Of a DNA stretch of 64,000 nt, positions 41,101 to 47,152 are shown one piece after another. Below the pieces are notes generated by a model, which saw nothing but the letters and a program-made list of their open reading frames with translations, searched no databases and was not told the DNA's origin. Position numbers and translations under genes: made by a program. The stretch's first letter is position 1. Every line of letters starts with the position of its first letter. The stretch comes from Patescibacteria group bacterium (GTDB lineage Bacteria; Patescibacteriota; Gracilibacteria; UBA1369), in contig CAUJCM010000002.1 in the NCBI GenBank assembly GCA_963169655.1, positions 1,426 through 65,425 on the forward strand, given 5' to 3'.

Positions 41101-43646
41101 GACCTTATAAAGATTTAAATGATATGGAAATAATGTTAAATATTGTTGATGAGTCAGGTAATATTGGGCAACAAAAAATCACTATTCACGTTTATGTTCC
41201 TTCTATAACATTGGATGATAGCTCAAGTAATTTAGAAGCAGATCCTGATGGAAATAATGGAAAGAGTGTGTCAGGAAGTATTGATCCAAAAGAAAGTAAT
41301 ATTCCAATTGCTATTATTCGAGATAGGAATGGAATTAAAGAAATTATTATAACCAAAAAAGCTAATAGTAAAGGAAAATACTTAACTGACGAACAAGGTA
41401 AATTTGATATTTCAGACTTAAATTTAAATGATAAAGTAGTTATTAAAAATGCTAATGGCCAAGTAGTTGCAGAAATAGATCCAGAAACAGGAAGAATTAT
41501 TTTAATTGATCCAACTTATTCGATTGAGGTTCTACCTGCTCAAGAACCAATATTGCCAACTCGAGTTGTAGTAAGAAACCCTCAAAAAGTTATAGTAGCT
41601 ACATTATTTATTGTGTCAGATGCTAATACTGATGTGACAATTGATGATCAAAATGTAATTTATAATAGGAATACAGTTTTACTATTTAATGGAGTTCACT
41701 ACAAAGATATTCAGCAAGAAAGTTTAGGATTTGAATTAAAACAAATCCCTGCAGATAGTAATAAATTTGCTGGAGGTATTGAAATGATTGAAAATAATAC
41801 TTTAAAGAGGGTATTTGTGCTTGATTCAGGTGGTAATTTCTATGTTTATGATCCAAGAATACAATTAAAATTGAAATCAGTAGATAATTTGGAAGATCCA
41901 ATGATTATCCAAGTTTTATGGCAGAAGGAAGATGGTAATAAAGAAGTTATTGGTGAATTTTATGTATCATTTAGCTCTAAAAATCCATTACAAATATTAG
42001 ATGCTGAAAAATATAACGCTTTTGTTGAAAATCCTAATGTTTTTGGACCTGAATTTGATACGGATATGGATGGTATGCCAGATTTATGGGAGATGCAATA
42101 TGGACTTGATTATAATAATCCTTTAGATGCTAAAGAAGATCCAGACCAGGATGGTTTAACTAATTTAGAAGAATATTTAGCCGGAACTAACCCACTTTTA
42201 GCTGATAGTGATGGAGATGGATATTTAGATGGCTTTGAAGTAATAATGGGTAAGGATCCTTTAACAAAAGTAATCTCACCATTTGCCGATGTGGATCCTA
42301 ATAACCCTTATTATGAATCAATAATTAACTTCTATCAAAGAGGTATTCTTGCTGGAATTCCTGCTGGCAATCAAACTAACTTTGGATTTAAAGAACCTAT
42401 TAATCGTGCGGAATTTGCTAAAGTGATGTTAGACACTTTCTGTATTGTACCAAGGCCTGAAGCTTATCAAGCTCCTGGAGTATTTTATGATATTCCATAT
42501 AAGGAAGGTCAAAATCCTTGGTATTTTACAGCTACTAAAGAAGCTTATTTCCAAGGATTTATTACTGGTTATAGAGGTGAAATAGATATAAGAACTGGTC
42601 AAACACCTTTTGCTCCAAATGAAACCATTACAAAAGCTGAAGCAGTAAAAATTATTTTAGAAGCTTTAGAAAGAGAAAGAATTATTGATCTATCTAAAAT
42701 ACCTGAAACTGAACCTTACTATATTCCTTATATGGCTGCTGCCCAAAACTTAGAACCTTATTTAATTAAAGGTAAAACTTTAAAAAGTAACTTTATTTTA
42801 ACAAAGGAAGAGGCCTCTAGACCTGGAGAAGAAATTAATCGTGGGGAATTTATAAAATTAGCAGATAGAGTCTTAACTGCTTTAGATTGTTCTGTTATTG
42901 ATACAGACCTTGATGGAATGCCAGATTTCTGGGAACAAAAAAATGGATTAAATTATTTAGATCCTAGTGATGCAGATTTAGACCCAGATCAAGATGGTTT
43001 AACTAATTTACAAGAATATAAATTTGGAACTGATCCAAATAATGCTGATACAGACGGTGGTGGTATCAAAGATGGAATAGAAGTTTTAAAGAGGAGGACT
43101 AATCCTTTAGATCCTAAAGATGATTATCTAGATAGTGATGGGGATGGAATTTCAGATGATGAAGAAATTAATAAATATGGAACTGATCCATTTAATTCTG
43201 ATACCGATGGTGGTGGGGTAGATGATTATACTGAAATATTTATTAAAGGTACTAACCCATTAAATCCACTTGATGATTTAGATAGCGATAATGATGGATT
43301 ATCAAATTATGAAGAAATTAATATTTACCATACTGATCCATTTAATCCTGACACTGATGGTGGTGGAGTTAAAGATGGAGTAGAAGTTTATAGAAATTCT
43401 GATCCTTTAAATCCAAATGATGATTTAATAGATCCAAGAAAAGATTTGGGACCAGGAGTTTATGTGATACCTCCAACTTGTTCAACATGTCCTTGCGAAT
43501 CAGCAATTGACCATACAGCTGACCTGATTCCAGGAGATAAGATTTTAGGAATTATTTCAAATGATGATAATTCACAAATATTTAGCCAAAGTAATTTAAT
43601 AGAAATAAAAGAAATAAATAAGAGTAAACCAAAAGAAGTAAAATAG
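26109..43646 (+). CDS. Giant (5,845 aa) multidomain cell-surface protein with SLH, Asp-rich Ca-binding-type, Ig-like, FG-GAP-like, DUF11-like and PKD-like modules
   Basis: One uninterrupted ORF with GTG start and TAG stop. It has an N-terminal hydrophobic signal/anchor (FSLLITALFTFNLSAPSVLAF), and the domain motifs were read by eye (see sub-features). Confidence 0.85.
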   Translation: MQKIKNKITKLINLNFNKLANTRHFLLKFIKFLNKERSFSLLITALFTFNLSAPSVLAFWDNNKSLNSSPFKTQVAKAAESIFGKSGEILQQFSTKSEALKYQQNAKSKPQFDLIAILVDEEITKNLKDYDGLISSHNPNVPNKPEEAYRKLNEKTLMDRIERYAKDIQGINKVIDPVPYQKTVIIKVKRDEPTENIAMTLEKLYREGDSTLNENNKLRGIVIIGEVPLPVVNKNGNRFVSLFPYTDFDDPYYIFDQESGDFVVNVSSQDHNAEIWHGIIVPPVDGEEGNKLLAEYFDKNHLFKIGEKGYQDFNKEIFYSDLNKEFQLMGKEGLPAYYNYLKYWEDISYFRFNKNWLKLLYENSSFGGDEGDGIDNDGDGKIDEDPVNGYDDDGDGENGSPLFGLINGVDDDGDGVIDNDEEGVWGFCGPIPAKGPVKLQNCKVPGMPYKTDNFYNTKAGSYYKVADGINNNPEENALIDEGIDEDPGDAMKGIDNDRDGRIDEDGTDDNDADGDKKVDEDMPGDMNKDGCPGECGVDENLDSIDSDNDGWPDGYEKKYGSIKIGASQFGDLLSGNMPSFNTPTNPRDPFSFPTIAISFPGPIPTMFIPRFIPWPNSNEWVDNSISFDDDEDGKIDEDGLDDNDADGDGLFDEDPGDPLGNDKKNAGSQISEGLPDIKSKDVIMTYLKQYNELFDNFYADVNTWIAGTGRYEISAPKVDGSNKSDLRSFPFLISVKDEFTRLYLKAVNDAIEKRVDQYVQKLQYDIRLIKGSNLSGYIVLDDSLGIFPNQKIKFNDINFINFGYKNSVFANKVHTFLNDPIIKIFLKSALLGNPNKDNIKDLRNELLKDMKGSVTSTTPIYINGKPIDSITNIQQCSLYRGSEGIGEQSQMVYANTLNDVFGNLNKETPPSIPESWRSKSKNELLGTSGEDYKNGLFYWWNNSSDSPMVKWLKKQKALNESFAGCFYENSQNPDRCYVSLATRYIFSLGGAIQVKNIPENYVSHQACFDLKEKSGYDAFMIDTNIYLEAISQTKSPEQKEKYEIIKPNPADAYKKPKDIILLDFGDNAPSEYEVTPNNYLPINPLEIQAIQQNPNFQAFNINLEQVLRAYMGGNRVDDNGNGVTDELAESNIQFFPIDANGQPNWFQVGEQLLQNTRIDEAATDPKLKPLRFLNGIIPGTKEVYIRVQPIFGKEISSLIFHKEPTIDTLEAQIYQLERDDNGDFIVDNTLSDREKRNIGQYKVETKENPNGDKVPQKHGVAQSLPIDSPRYVSFRDSNGNYQKIVYPNAFQSKDSNDFKQQLKDLELQLANIKVNPKYANIGPNSIDGYLTGALADFINNDVMNSATGDISVISEKKLKDAYDWKKMDIDEKHQYAISHYLGQAFTPFTPNVEANKGYEVLYLNSAGDSQKLSMKFNADIPPIQQKTMMEEVDCTDPQFAKYAICKDMVSDMDGLNINIEQNKQINNPNSVLNGGKGSGGGLTPVFITEWFAALAKWADETAEIINGKDSFNSCPAPIYDKNAGTEQVDSNLDNTILDLMPDLTGGSNTTYSSSTDIKANTVNLKLEIENNKTLLRSSMSDQAKIIVTALNKNGQINRADSFSNVNLNITNAIGNGDIIEVVGEKSKTLAGGQTMFIIAGGDDEGSVLINASLNEDNKVKSNSVSVKVTKEVIKLLAFRRFQAYQFTQGNEDGYTINDGNEVVADIDPKTGYINILNKNYQLKVLTSKAEKPLRLAVVKKEDQKVISILYFVTSGEKGITIDGPNVDYQKDFEKLEGVHIKDLTAKDNLSLQSIGDEDPKLKGNLLIVDSTVKENKGRVGLIDKKGNLFTELDVQIKEGDKNEPVIWEILGNDGRPAMEMYIAAKFKEITILPYEDIKEFFAKLSNQLLNTQFAKLIKTAHAQEKTENEEKADTNDIKKKITDSDGDGLNDLEELIIGIDPYKLDSNGDGINDLDSLYQNIDPINKQKTPLFADINEKDNGFKEIVKLFRRGIFVMDANKFVRPKDKITREEFVKLDLGGICVICDRFSEKIKSAVWQVYSNNPFPDLDIGNDYKYCIAEGRNRGIISGYKAYSNAGYFVPKANISRAEATKVILETARQQIESFPDFQVNEKLAGKPWYYTYVLTAQKEGLYPKGYFQSLDSLKPEQFKAYFDNQIALSNLGLPGGSLNSQFITWLEQPITRVEFAIMVSQFTDKYDCLSTDSDMDGIPDNFEKYIYGTNPNLADTDKGGVNDGIEILRGTNPLDPSDDQKIEKEEIPVINENDDPDEDGLTNKEEAKYDTNPMDPDTDHGGVKDGIEVLLGIDPLNPEDDNDFGKGSGLENQNTDGAYLSGINIVPKIIYTTIDNDDENQINTEETDRIPADGESTLYIRASIYSSDGKIKADDNESIINFSFKNPSDFENATLNPLSVKVKNGVAETTLTAKKKTGLPIVIAGIQNENVPSDEQVVEIYALEPAIISLDTKTPIIPSGGQSNAEIKAVLKDRNGNIANSENYLVTFDIDDDTNEDQDRASLDYSKDENKEIDGVQQSTVTGELSIKLKSGINPETVKVKATYQGNIGLTEPTDVNDLNAELLNEDAQIFKPKELNSEITINTRDDLNIVIEKDKSELKANNADIANLTVRIADKNGNVLNDFQGSITAQLLDSRLGTLIDDKGQESQSLIRLNLINGLAKLKVRSSFIAGDLKILMSTDGIASSTVQLETYAYAPYKIELESDDMEVSTGKNNIYYLKAKVYDGMGNFVSRDNSTQIVFNINPETQKFGKLMSANSVKVKNGEALVQFMPTNITGPIRFTAKANKLMEGSLEVNSVYHLEGKELRDIQPKILYANLLGSAFGDVTSKDYFGGWFVFSGKVESAATLITDPKPKMRLVEVLPTGKIKLTGQGDLEIRLIPTSTDNSPVKQQAFDYDNNKQVMEVMSILSPLSKTKLIYSESDLDLVGNTVNVLNKVPDNENYTWENDTEKVDILKNGSLIASIKKDGRIKLFNPNTSLTVNESSNDSNINWNLNDSSLVIANIIISSETQENVKLLENKEPLPNTVGVYIRKLANLPNRSYVTNFSGNSTSNKRGYYYTDDTKELNKNQSPGLSYNSLESADKEDGVGLRGDNKNVLLFAGGNTVGESNLNYASDAGVVLGDPTIRINNKKDPDSIVQDDVLYSNTGFTKDLGEMIYSGNKPIREILQIDYDNDGDKDLMITYSDGEIRLLENINKGKRFEDKGIFLNFPNGILSIVVTDINNDGWEDLIVATSDSCKVGEVCVDAYLNNHTNFVRHNLNLEGYDSKNKVYEMKVADMNQDSYPDLIISDDFGNIKIFYTKNGELNKGGQLIGNLGVKINQNDNLRNEVFVNYDGMSDKPLGSIDDKNYQEIVVKGNTASEDQKLLFKSLSVDNILKVSSIKQAKDITEPFNMLAAGDQVEYTIKIANIGLKEIKSLKIADLAPAPIELDQDSIKCLDCKNEINLIPTGQSLRPYIITGIDLPAKSTRTITYKTTVKKLPRVKLMVGQNLSKDYPIQDGYPDIMATPENNPTGKAVYYYSISKDSITGQIKYGQYTTPDPNAGVKPGYNQMTDQDGNKVGPDLSLFEKKNADGIPIAVQHYMDYGTFPGMSMGDVVDGGGVYTDSNGDTISTLPGVGPVYDKLGSTLDKAADKIESAINALTCTSGCIPMPINFAFLAPGPINVMGIPSGFDPGLPIFAWGVPSIVPVWPPSPFQASTGGRIYVSPTLTGKVAMAICTGPYLVGYGPVPGNCYTIVLPVNPLGELCDKIADTMSGMLNGAISMVNDTAGNIGLSTDGSMSTMPTNDGSNYTGGFEASNSMGNYRMSVSAKTNIRIPSFPSVLTDWLDNQTQEIINKVTDLPDIHILLPDMLSPFVDGSKQDKLNDLTEGSSKVGSEPMSAKGIRGVLQTINEIPLIAIEPKEVIIFIPSLTPGEIDRFVNDAKQWVQDEKSELNRALNVWKCGPFKETVIGPDGQKVPGYIDENGNTVYGDRPYAKICDIITVDMTELIQTVEKNIEIINSYKNLPRQILAWRNMLTKYVTQIICYIDIILDFFIGNIAKWLDQIYGWIDAYNNALEMISSWQVLIDLVIEYQTSCDTCTSSRFSLLELVLRVFTFIPSPPIIPFPKLPDIYIDLSQVQMGIKILWPDLKFRPLKLVLPRLPRIALPDLPTLNFRLPSIGLLPEIAIFPELPDLPPLTLPQLPNLPPPPKIPAFSASFKATINILQKIFKILCLIKKGFIPTPEMNLKTTIEHMTERGLDPLLPIDLGLGFQMPAISYNYMDRMVLTAKVNLQTDFSAIYDIMKYFADKINLLPTNFVNNVNDITKTINRGLDDTVNSINQGLNDAVKVNFNWNKPNQFQIPEIESDGADMRTVLDNNPDILKELNQISPEIGSLVSALANSTKEMEIDRIKYQEIINRDFQDIHLVASSMTISPTDPLMNKSIEDLRNFDIQKIMAVLGPGFEETKQLARLRSNLFAFVEENQKLDDLANTNDLEKFATLMAQAPSISDVLIKSGYSSEGTMIADDKNKKLFAKTPSIDDIIRNSGLPASTQSKPITKGMFIYNEKEKFNEKLIDFEEELSLPTTMNFIDVDQDKDTDLIYSFGPNIYLKNNYKFNTNIGSFYGGIPQYHELIDFMPARGSVTGFSSTFNGNKNLEVKWNKANGSDIYGYEMIVGKRLGGSSNKGVTNDVNSSGLQKFVYLNNKEITGGLLTNSLLQPDSNSYKFPISKLYELSANNVNGEIRFTGPKQEIIVANKDKIKVKGGIQIYASKDSILKVWLNGESKADKKLQANELIEMPRNFGGNLEIQLNSGSITLIDTNEIVKNQKLVDGNKIDIKTKYTSINNGTAIIKLPGDSYTRVDAGQSLEINILDNPKKPQVNLNLENGFYYAVIRSFNKTGFRSLISQSILLWPNICNDRQLPMPVAGPDEREVAIFKTLEIDASKSFDAFGSVVSYYIDTDLKVDSDGDGDTTNDKNLGRDLDPNVDSDGDGIPYNDLDDPILYVGPYKDLNDMEIMLNIVDESGNIGQQKITIHVYVPSITLDDSSSNLEADPDGNNGKSVSGSIDPKESNIPIAIIRDRNGIKEIIITKKANSKGKYLTDEQGKFDISDLNLNDKVVIKNANGQVVAEIDPETGRIILIDPTYSIEVLPAQEPILPTRVVVRNPQKVIVATLFIVSDANTDVTIDDQNVIYNRNTVLLFNGVHYKDIQQESLGFELKQIPADSNKFAGGIEMIENNTLKRVFVLDSGGNFYVYDPRIQLKLKSVDNLEDPMIIQVLWQKEDGNKEVIGEFYVSFSSKNPLQILDAEKYNAFVENPNVFGPEFDTDMDGMPDLWEMQYGLDYNNPLDAKEDPDQDGLTNLEEYLAGTNPLLADSDGDGYLDGFEVIMGKDPLTKVISPFADVDPNNPYYESIINFYQRGILAGIPAGNQTNFGFKEPINRAEFAKVMLDTFCIVPRPEAYQAPGVFYDIPYKEGQNPWYFTATKEAYFQGFITGYRGEIDIRTGQTPFAPNETITKAEAVKIILEALERERIIDLSKIPETEPYYIPYMAAAQNLEPYLIKGKTLKSNFILTKEEASRPGEEINRGEFIKLADRVLTALDCSVIDTDLDGMPDFWEQKNGLNYLDPSDADLDPDQDGLTNLQEYKFGTDPNNADTDGGGIKDGIEVLKRRTNPLDPKDDYLDSDGDGISDDEEINKYGTDPFNSDTDGGGVDDYTEIFIKGTNPLNPLDDLDSDNDGLSNYEEINIYHTDPFNPDTDGGGVKDGVEVYRNSDPLNPNDDLIDPRKDLGPGVYVIPPTCSTCPCESAIDHTADLIPGDKILGIISNDDNSQIFSQSNLIEIKEINKSKPKEVK
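27208..28094 (+). repeat. Giant protein: first cluster of Asp-rich DxDxDGxxDxD repeats (thrombospondin type 3-like, Ca-binding type)
   Basis: Examples are DNDGDGKIDEDP, DDDGDGVIDNDE, DNDRDGRIDEDGTDDNDADGDKKVDED, DSDNDGWPDGYE and DDDEDGKIDEDGLDDNDADGDGLFDED. Confidence 0.6.
31875..33050 (+). other. Giant protein: TSP3-like repeats, then two SLH-like domains, then further TSP3-like repeats
   Basis: DSDGDGLNDLEE..DSNGDGINDLD comes first. SLH-like FADINEKDNGFKEIVKLFRRGIF...ITREEF and FPDLDIGNDYKYCIAEGRNRGIISGY...ISRAEA follow. The segment ends with DSDMDGIPDNFE...DTDKGGVNDGIE...DPDEDGLTNKEE...DTDHGGVKDGIE. Confidence 0.6.
33188..34535 (+). other. Giant protein: at least four tandem bacterial Ig-like (Big/invasin-type) domains
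   Basis: A recurrent pattern IPADGESTLYIRASIYSSDGK / IPSGGQSNAEIKAVLKDRNGN / LKANNADIANLTVRIADKNGN / YYLKAKVYDGMGN, each followed by a V.F stretch. Confidence 0.55.
35643..36585 (+). other. Giant protein: FG-GAP/VCBS-like repeats followed by a DUF11-like conserved repeat domain
   Basis: DYDNDGDKDLMITYSDGEIRLL, DINNDGWEDLIVATSD and DMNQDSYPDLIISDDFGNIKIF come first. GDQVEYTIKIANIGLKEIKSLKIADLAP...TRTITYKTTV follows. Confidence 0.5.
38555..38725 (+). repeat. Giant protein: proline-rich LPxLP tract inside the unassigned core
   Basis: The encoded sequence is LPRLPRIALPDLPTLNFRLPSIGLLPEIAIFPELPDLPPLTLPQLPNLPPPPKIP. Confidence 0.7.
40848..41195 (+). other. Giant protein: PKD-like domain with embedded Asp-rich loops
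   Basis: PVAGPDEREVAIFKTLEIDASKSFDAFGSVVSYYIDTD...ITIHVY resembles the PKD pattern AGPD...V.LDAS.S.D..G.I.SY.W. Confidence 0.5.
42054..43428 (+). other. Giant protein C-terminal block: TSP3-like repeats, then SLH-like domains (42282-42890), then an extended TSP3-like array
   Basis: DTDMDGMPDLWE..DPDQDGLTNLEE..DSDGDGYLDGFE comes first. SLH-like FADVDPNNPYYESIINFYQRGILAG...INRAEF and FYDIPYKEGQNPWYFTATKEAYFQGFITGY...ITKAEA follow. Five or more DTDGGG/DSDGDG units end the block, and the nucleotide-level repeats are visible. Confidence 0.65.
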
Positions 43647-43663
43647 GTATAATATAAATATCA

Positions 43664-44317
43664 ATGAAAAATAAAAAAAATAAAAATAGCTTTCAACAAC
43701 TAAGTATTACAATTTCTTTGATGATGCTGTTATTTATTGGAAATAGCCTTGGTAATATTGGTAATATTTCTTTGGCTCAAGAAGATACACAAAGTATTTC
43801 TACTGTTACTCCAGTGGAAGGAAATCAAATACAAATTAATAAAGAAACTCAAGTAGCTTGCCAAACTAAAATTGCTGAATGGGCGGAACCTGAATTTGAA
43901 AAATATAAAGTTTTTATGGAAAACCATTTTAGCAATAAAAGTAAGACTTCTTCTTTAATGGAAGAGGCTATGAATAGATACGAAAAATTTAAGTATGATA
44001 TTTCTGTAAAATATTCTGAATTTGTAACATTTCACATCAATCAAGCTGGTATATCAGGTGCAAATGTGGGAGTACAATTAGTAGGTTTATCTCAATGTGA
44101 ATCATTAGTTCGAGAATATATTCAAAATGCAAATAAACTATTGCAAATGAGAGCTATTACAACTGCAAAGATTAAAAAGGCTTCTGTTTTTGTTGAAAAA
44201 TATCAACAAATAAATTCAAAACTAAGATCTTTAAATGATGATTTTATTAAGATGGTTGTAAATATCTCTACTTTTGATCAAAAACTTCCTTGTTATCTAA
44301 AATCTTGTGTACAATAA
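43664..44317 (+). CDS. Secreted hypothetical protein 1 of 4 (217 aa, 4 Cys, ends ..LPCYLKSCVQ)
   Basis: Signal peptide ending SLAQ. The start lies 17 nt after the giant-gene stop, and there is no recognisable domain. Confidence 0.7.
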   Translation: MKNKKNKNSFQQLSITISLMMLLFIGNSLGNIGNISLAQEDTQSISTVTPVEGNQIQINKETQVACQTKIAEWAEPEFEKYKVFMENHFSNKSKTSSLMEEAMNRYEKFKYDISVKYSEFVTFHINQAGISGANVGVQLVGLSQCESLVREYIQNANKLLQMRAITTAKIKKASVFVEKYQQINSKLRSLNDDFIKMVVNISTFDQKLPCYLKSCVQ

Positions 44318-44318
44318 A

Positions 44319-45329
44319 ATGAAAAATAAAATTATTTATCTATCAGCTAGTTTACTCATAATTTTGAGTGGGGTTATGCTTTTTGGTTCTTATAGAGGGA
44401 TAGCTCAAAACAATGAAAATATTCCTCCAGTAAATTCTGCTAATTTTATTAATGCTTTTTGTTTTGATGGACAAATAGATCAAATGGATATTAAAGATTT
44501 ACAAGAGATGTATCTTGAGAAGACAAATGAATATTTTAATCAAAAAATTAAAGATGTTTTGCAGGACGAAAGAGATGAGGCTCCTACTCCAAATTTAGAT
44601 GAATATGACAAACTAGGTGGGAATCTCTGTACTAGTAGCGGAGATAGTGATTTAACTTGTAAATCTATAGCTGTTTGTAATCCAAACAAACAAGTTGATG
44701 AAAACCAAGATTATGCAAATCATCCTTATTGTGTTGGAGTTACTTTACTTGGCTTGCCTCCTGCTAAATTTGATCATTATAATTATCAAAGATTACAAGA
44801 AATCGAACAATTAAAATACAGTTATTTTTGTTATTATTCAGCTTTGAATTTAAAAAGAGATGCTATTTATGATGGGACTCCACAAGGAATTTTAGATAAA
44901 TGTAATACTGACAATCCATTTAAAAATGAAAAAGTATGTACCTTACAATCTCAAATCTCACAAGAAAATGATTCCGAGAAAAAAGAAGAATTGAAAGGAC
45001 AATTAAATCAAGAATTAACAAAGCAAATGGTTGGGTATGGATATATGGATGACGATACTCCTGATCCTGGAAATAGTATTATTAGCTATATGAATTACAC
45101 AGCTAATAGAATAAATTTTATAGACGATGAAATTGAGAAAGCTAAGCTTGCATTAGACCAAACTTTAGATGCTTATAGTCAATTAAAAACTTCATGGCAA
45201 TTACATATTAGATATATAGATATTTTTAATAATTTAGTAAAATACAGAGATCAATTGGTTAATATTCGACAACAGACTGATGTATTTCCAATGAAATTTG
45301 TAGATGCTACAACTACTAGATGTCTTTAA
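44319..45329 (+). CDS. Secreted hypothetical protein 2 of 4 (9 Cys, ends ..TTTRCL)
   Basis: ATG at 44319, in the TAAAATG junction, gives MKNKIIYLSASLLIILSG..GIAQ. It is preferred over the GTG at 44307. Confidence 0.7.
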   Translation: MKNKIIYLSASLLIILSGVMLFGSYRGIAQNNENIPPVNSANFINAFCFDGQIDQMDIKDLQEMYLEKTNEYFNQKIKDVLQDERDEAPTPNLDEYDKLGGNLCTSSGDSDLTCKSIAVCNPNKQVDENQDYANHPYCVGVTLLGLPPAKFDHYNYQRLQEIEQLKYSYFCYYSALNLKRDAIYDGTPQGILDKCNTDNPFKNEKVCTLQSQISQENDSEKKEELKGQLNQELTKQMVGYGYMDDDTPDPGNSIISYMNYTANRINFIDDEIEKAKLALDQTLDAYSQLKTSWQLHIRYIDIFNNLVKYRDQLVNIRQQTDVFPMKFVDATTTRCL

Positions 45330-47152
45330 TGAAAAAATTAATTTACATAATTGGTTTTCTAATGTTTATGAGCGTAATAATTCGCCCAGGCGGAATGATT
45401 GACTTAAAAAATGTCTTTGCAGCTGATTCTGAAATCGAAGACTGCGTTCCAAGCAGGAACTTGGGATGTAGAGAAAGCCAATTAATTAAAAGAGTATTAA
45501 AAGATAATCCAAATAAAAACTTAGATTGGGGGCAAAGTTTTGGATCAACAGATCCAAATATTATTGGAGATAATCTTTACTTAATTATATATAAAGATAT
45601 TAATTTAAACTCACTTGATGAAGCAATTAATGCTACTGCTGATCAATATGGAATGCCTGTAGAAAGAATGTCTGAAATATTATACGGTGATATTAAACCG
45701 ATTCTTGAAAGAAACCCATTAATGACTATTGAAAGAGCTACAGAAATTTATATGCAAATAATTGCTACTTATGAAGATAAAAAAGATAGTGCAGAATTAC
45801 AAAATTATTTAAATTCAAAAATTCTATCTAATGAAATGTTTGCAGATGGAAAACTAGAAAACTCTGGTTTTGATTTAGTTGTAGATTTAAATAATATAGA
45901 AACTATTTTATTCCAAAGAGCAGAACCAATTACTTATGGAGCAAACTATGTTCCTAGTGCTAATACTGGAGATAATAATGATGATTCAAAATTAAAAGAT
46001 GATATTATTGATTTACCAATTGATCTGTCAGGGGATATTTCTTTAAATAATGGTTCTTCCAATGGACAATCTAGTAATAATCAACAAAAAACTAATCAAA
46101 ATCCTTTTAAACAAGCTGAAGAGCTAAAAAAATCTATTTTTGATAAAGGAATTAATCCTAATATTTGTTTTACCACTCAAGACCTAGATAAACCATTAGA
46201 TAAATTGTCTAAAGATTTACAAGGTAATAAAAAGCTAAAAAGTAATTTTGATGCTGAAAAAGATTTAGACAAAATAAATAATAGCCAAAACAATCAGAGG
46301 GGGGATAATGTTAATGATTTAAGTAATGTAGGACCAGATTTACCAATTGATTTAATTCCAACGGATAGTCAAATCCCAAAAGATGTTAAATCGGCACCTC
46401 CAGGAGATTATAGTAAAGCTCCTTTATGTGAAGATATTATTTGTATAACTTTTGAAACTTTTTATAAACCAGCTACCCCAAGTTTTACAAAGACAGATAA
46501 CTGTATTCAATGTCATGTTCAATATATTAATGAAAGTCTACAAAAGACTGTAAGTCATAGCTTAATTCCTGCAAAAGCTACTGGAAATCTTGGAGAAAGT
46601 GCTTTATGTAAGAATGCAGCTGCTGCTTCACTTTCTGCAATTGGTATGAATATTAGTGTAAATATGGTGCCAGTTATTACACCTCCCAAAAATGATTTAA
46701 TGAGTGTAGGAAATATTAATGATGAATGGAATAAATATGCTCAAACAAATGGATTTTGGAATTATGGTGAAAAACAAAGAAGAGAAGCTGATGCTAAAAA
46801 GAAAAATGGCCCAGTAGACTATTCCCCTATTTCAAGTGATATGGAAAGAATGTTGGTAGTTGAATTATTTAATGCTGGTGATAATTCTTCAATTGATGAG
46901 GTAATGTCACAAGCATCAAGTAGCTATGAAAAATTAAAAGTTCAAGCTGCGCAAGAACAATTAGTTGTGGAAATAGCTCAAGATGCCTATGGAGAAATTA
47001 ATACTTATGATGCTTTAGAGGATGAAATGAAGCAAATGAATGGATTTTTTAAAAACTTTAAAGATCAAATGCGTACTTTGTATGAAGATGTTCCTGGATT
47101 AAATTCAACAAAAGCTTGTACTAACTTAAATAATAAAAGGGCTTGTACATAA
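45329..47152 (+). CDS. Secreted hypothetical protein 3 of 4 (10 Cys, ends ..KACTNLNNKRACT)
   Basis: ATG at 45329, in a TAATG overlap, gives MKKLIYIIGFLMFMSVII. An alternative ATG lies at 45320. A central Asn/Asp/Gln-rich low-complexity region is present. Confidence 0.7.
   Translation: MKKLIYIIGFLMFMSVIIRPGGMIDLKNVFAADSEIEDCVPSRNLGCRESQLIKRVLKDNPNKNLDWGQSFGSTDPNIIGDNLYLIIYKDINLNSLDEAINATADQYGMPVERMSEILYGDIKPILERNPLMTIERATEIYMQIIATYEDKKDSAELQNYLNSKILSNEMFADGKLENSGFDLVVDLNNIETILFQRAEPITYGANYVPSANTGDNNDDSKLKDDIIDLPIDLSGDISLNNGSSNGQSSNNQQKTNQNPFKQAEELKKSIFDKGINPNICFTTQDLDKPLDKLSKDLQGNKKLKSNFDAEKDLDKINNSQNNQRGDNVNDLSNVGPDLPIDLIPTDSQIPKDVKSAPPGDYSKAPLCEDIICITFETFYKPATPSFTKTDNCIQCHVQYINESLQKTVSHSLIPAKATGNLGESALCKNAAAASLSAIGMNISVNMVPVITPPKNDLMSVGNINDEWNKYAQTNGFWNYGEKQRREADAKKKNGPVDYSPISSDMERMLVVELFNAGDNSSIDEVMSQASSSYEKLKVQAAQEQLVVEIAQDAYGEINTYDALEDEMKQMNGFFKNFKDQMRTLYEDVPGLNSTKACTNLNNKRACT

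Noticed and set aside
27809-41901. Nine short ORFs on either strand inside the giant gene (for example 27809..28096, 30851..31108, 33770..33997, 41686..41901)
   Set aside because: All are embedded in the continuous 17.5-kb reading frame. They have no independent start context or terminators and represent frame shadows.
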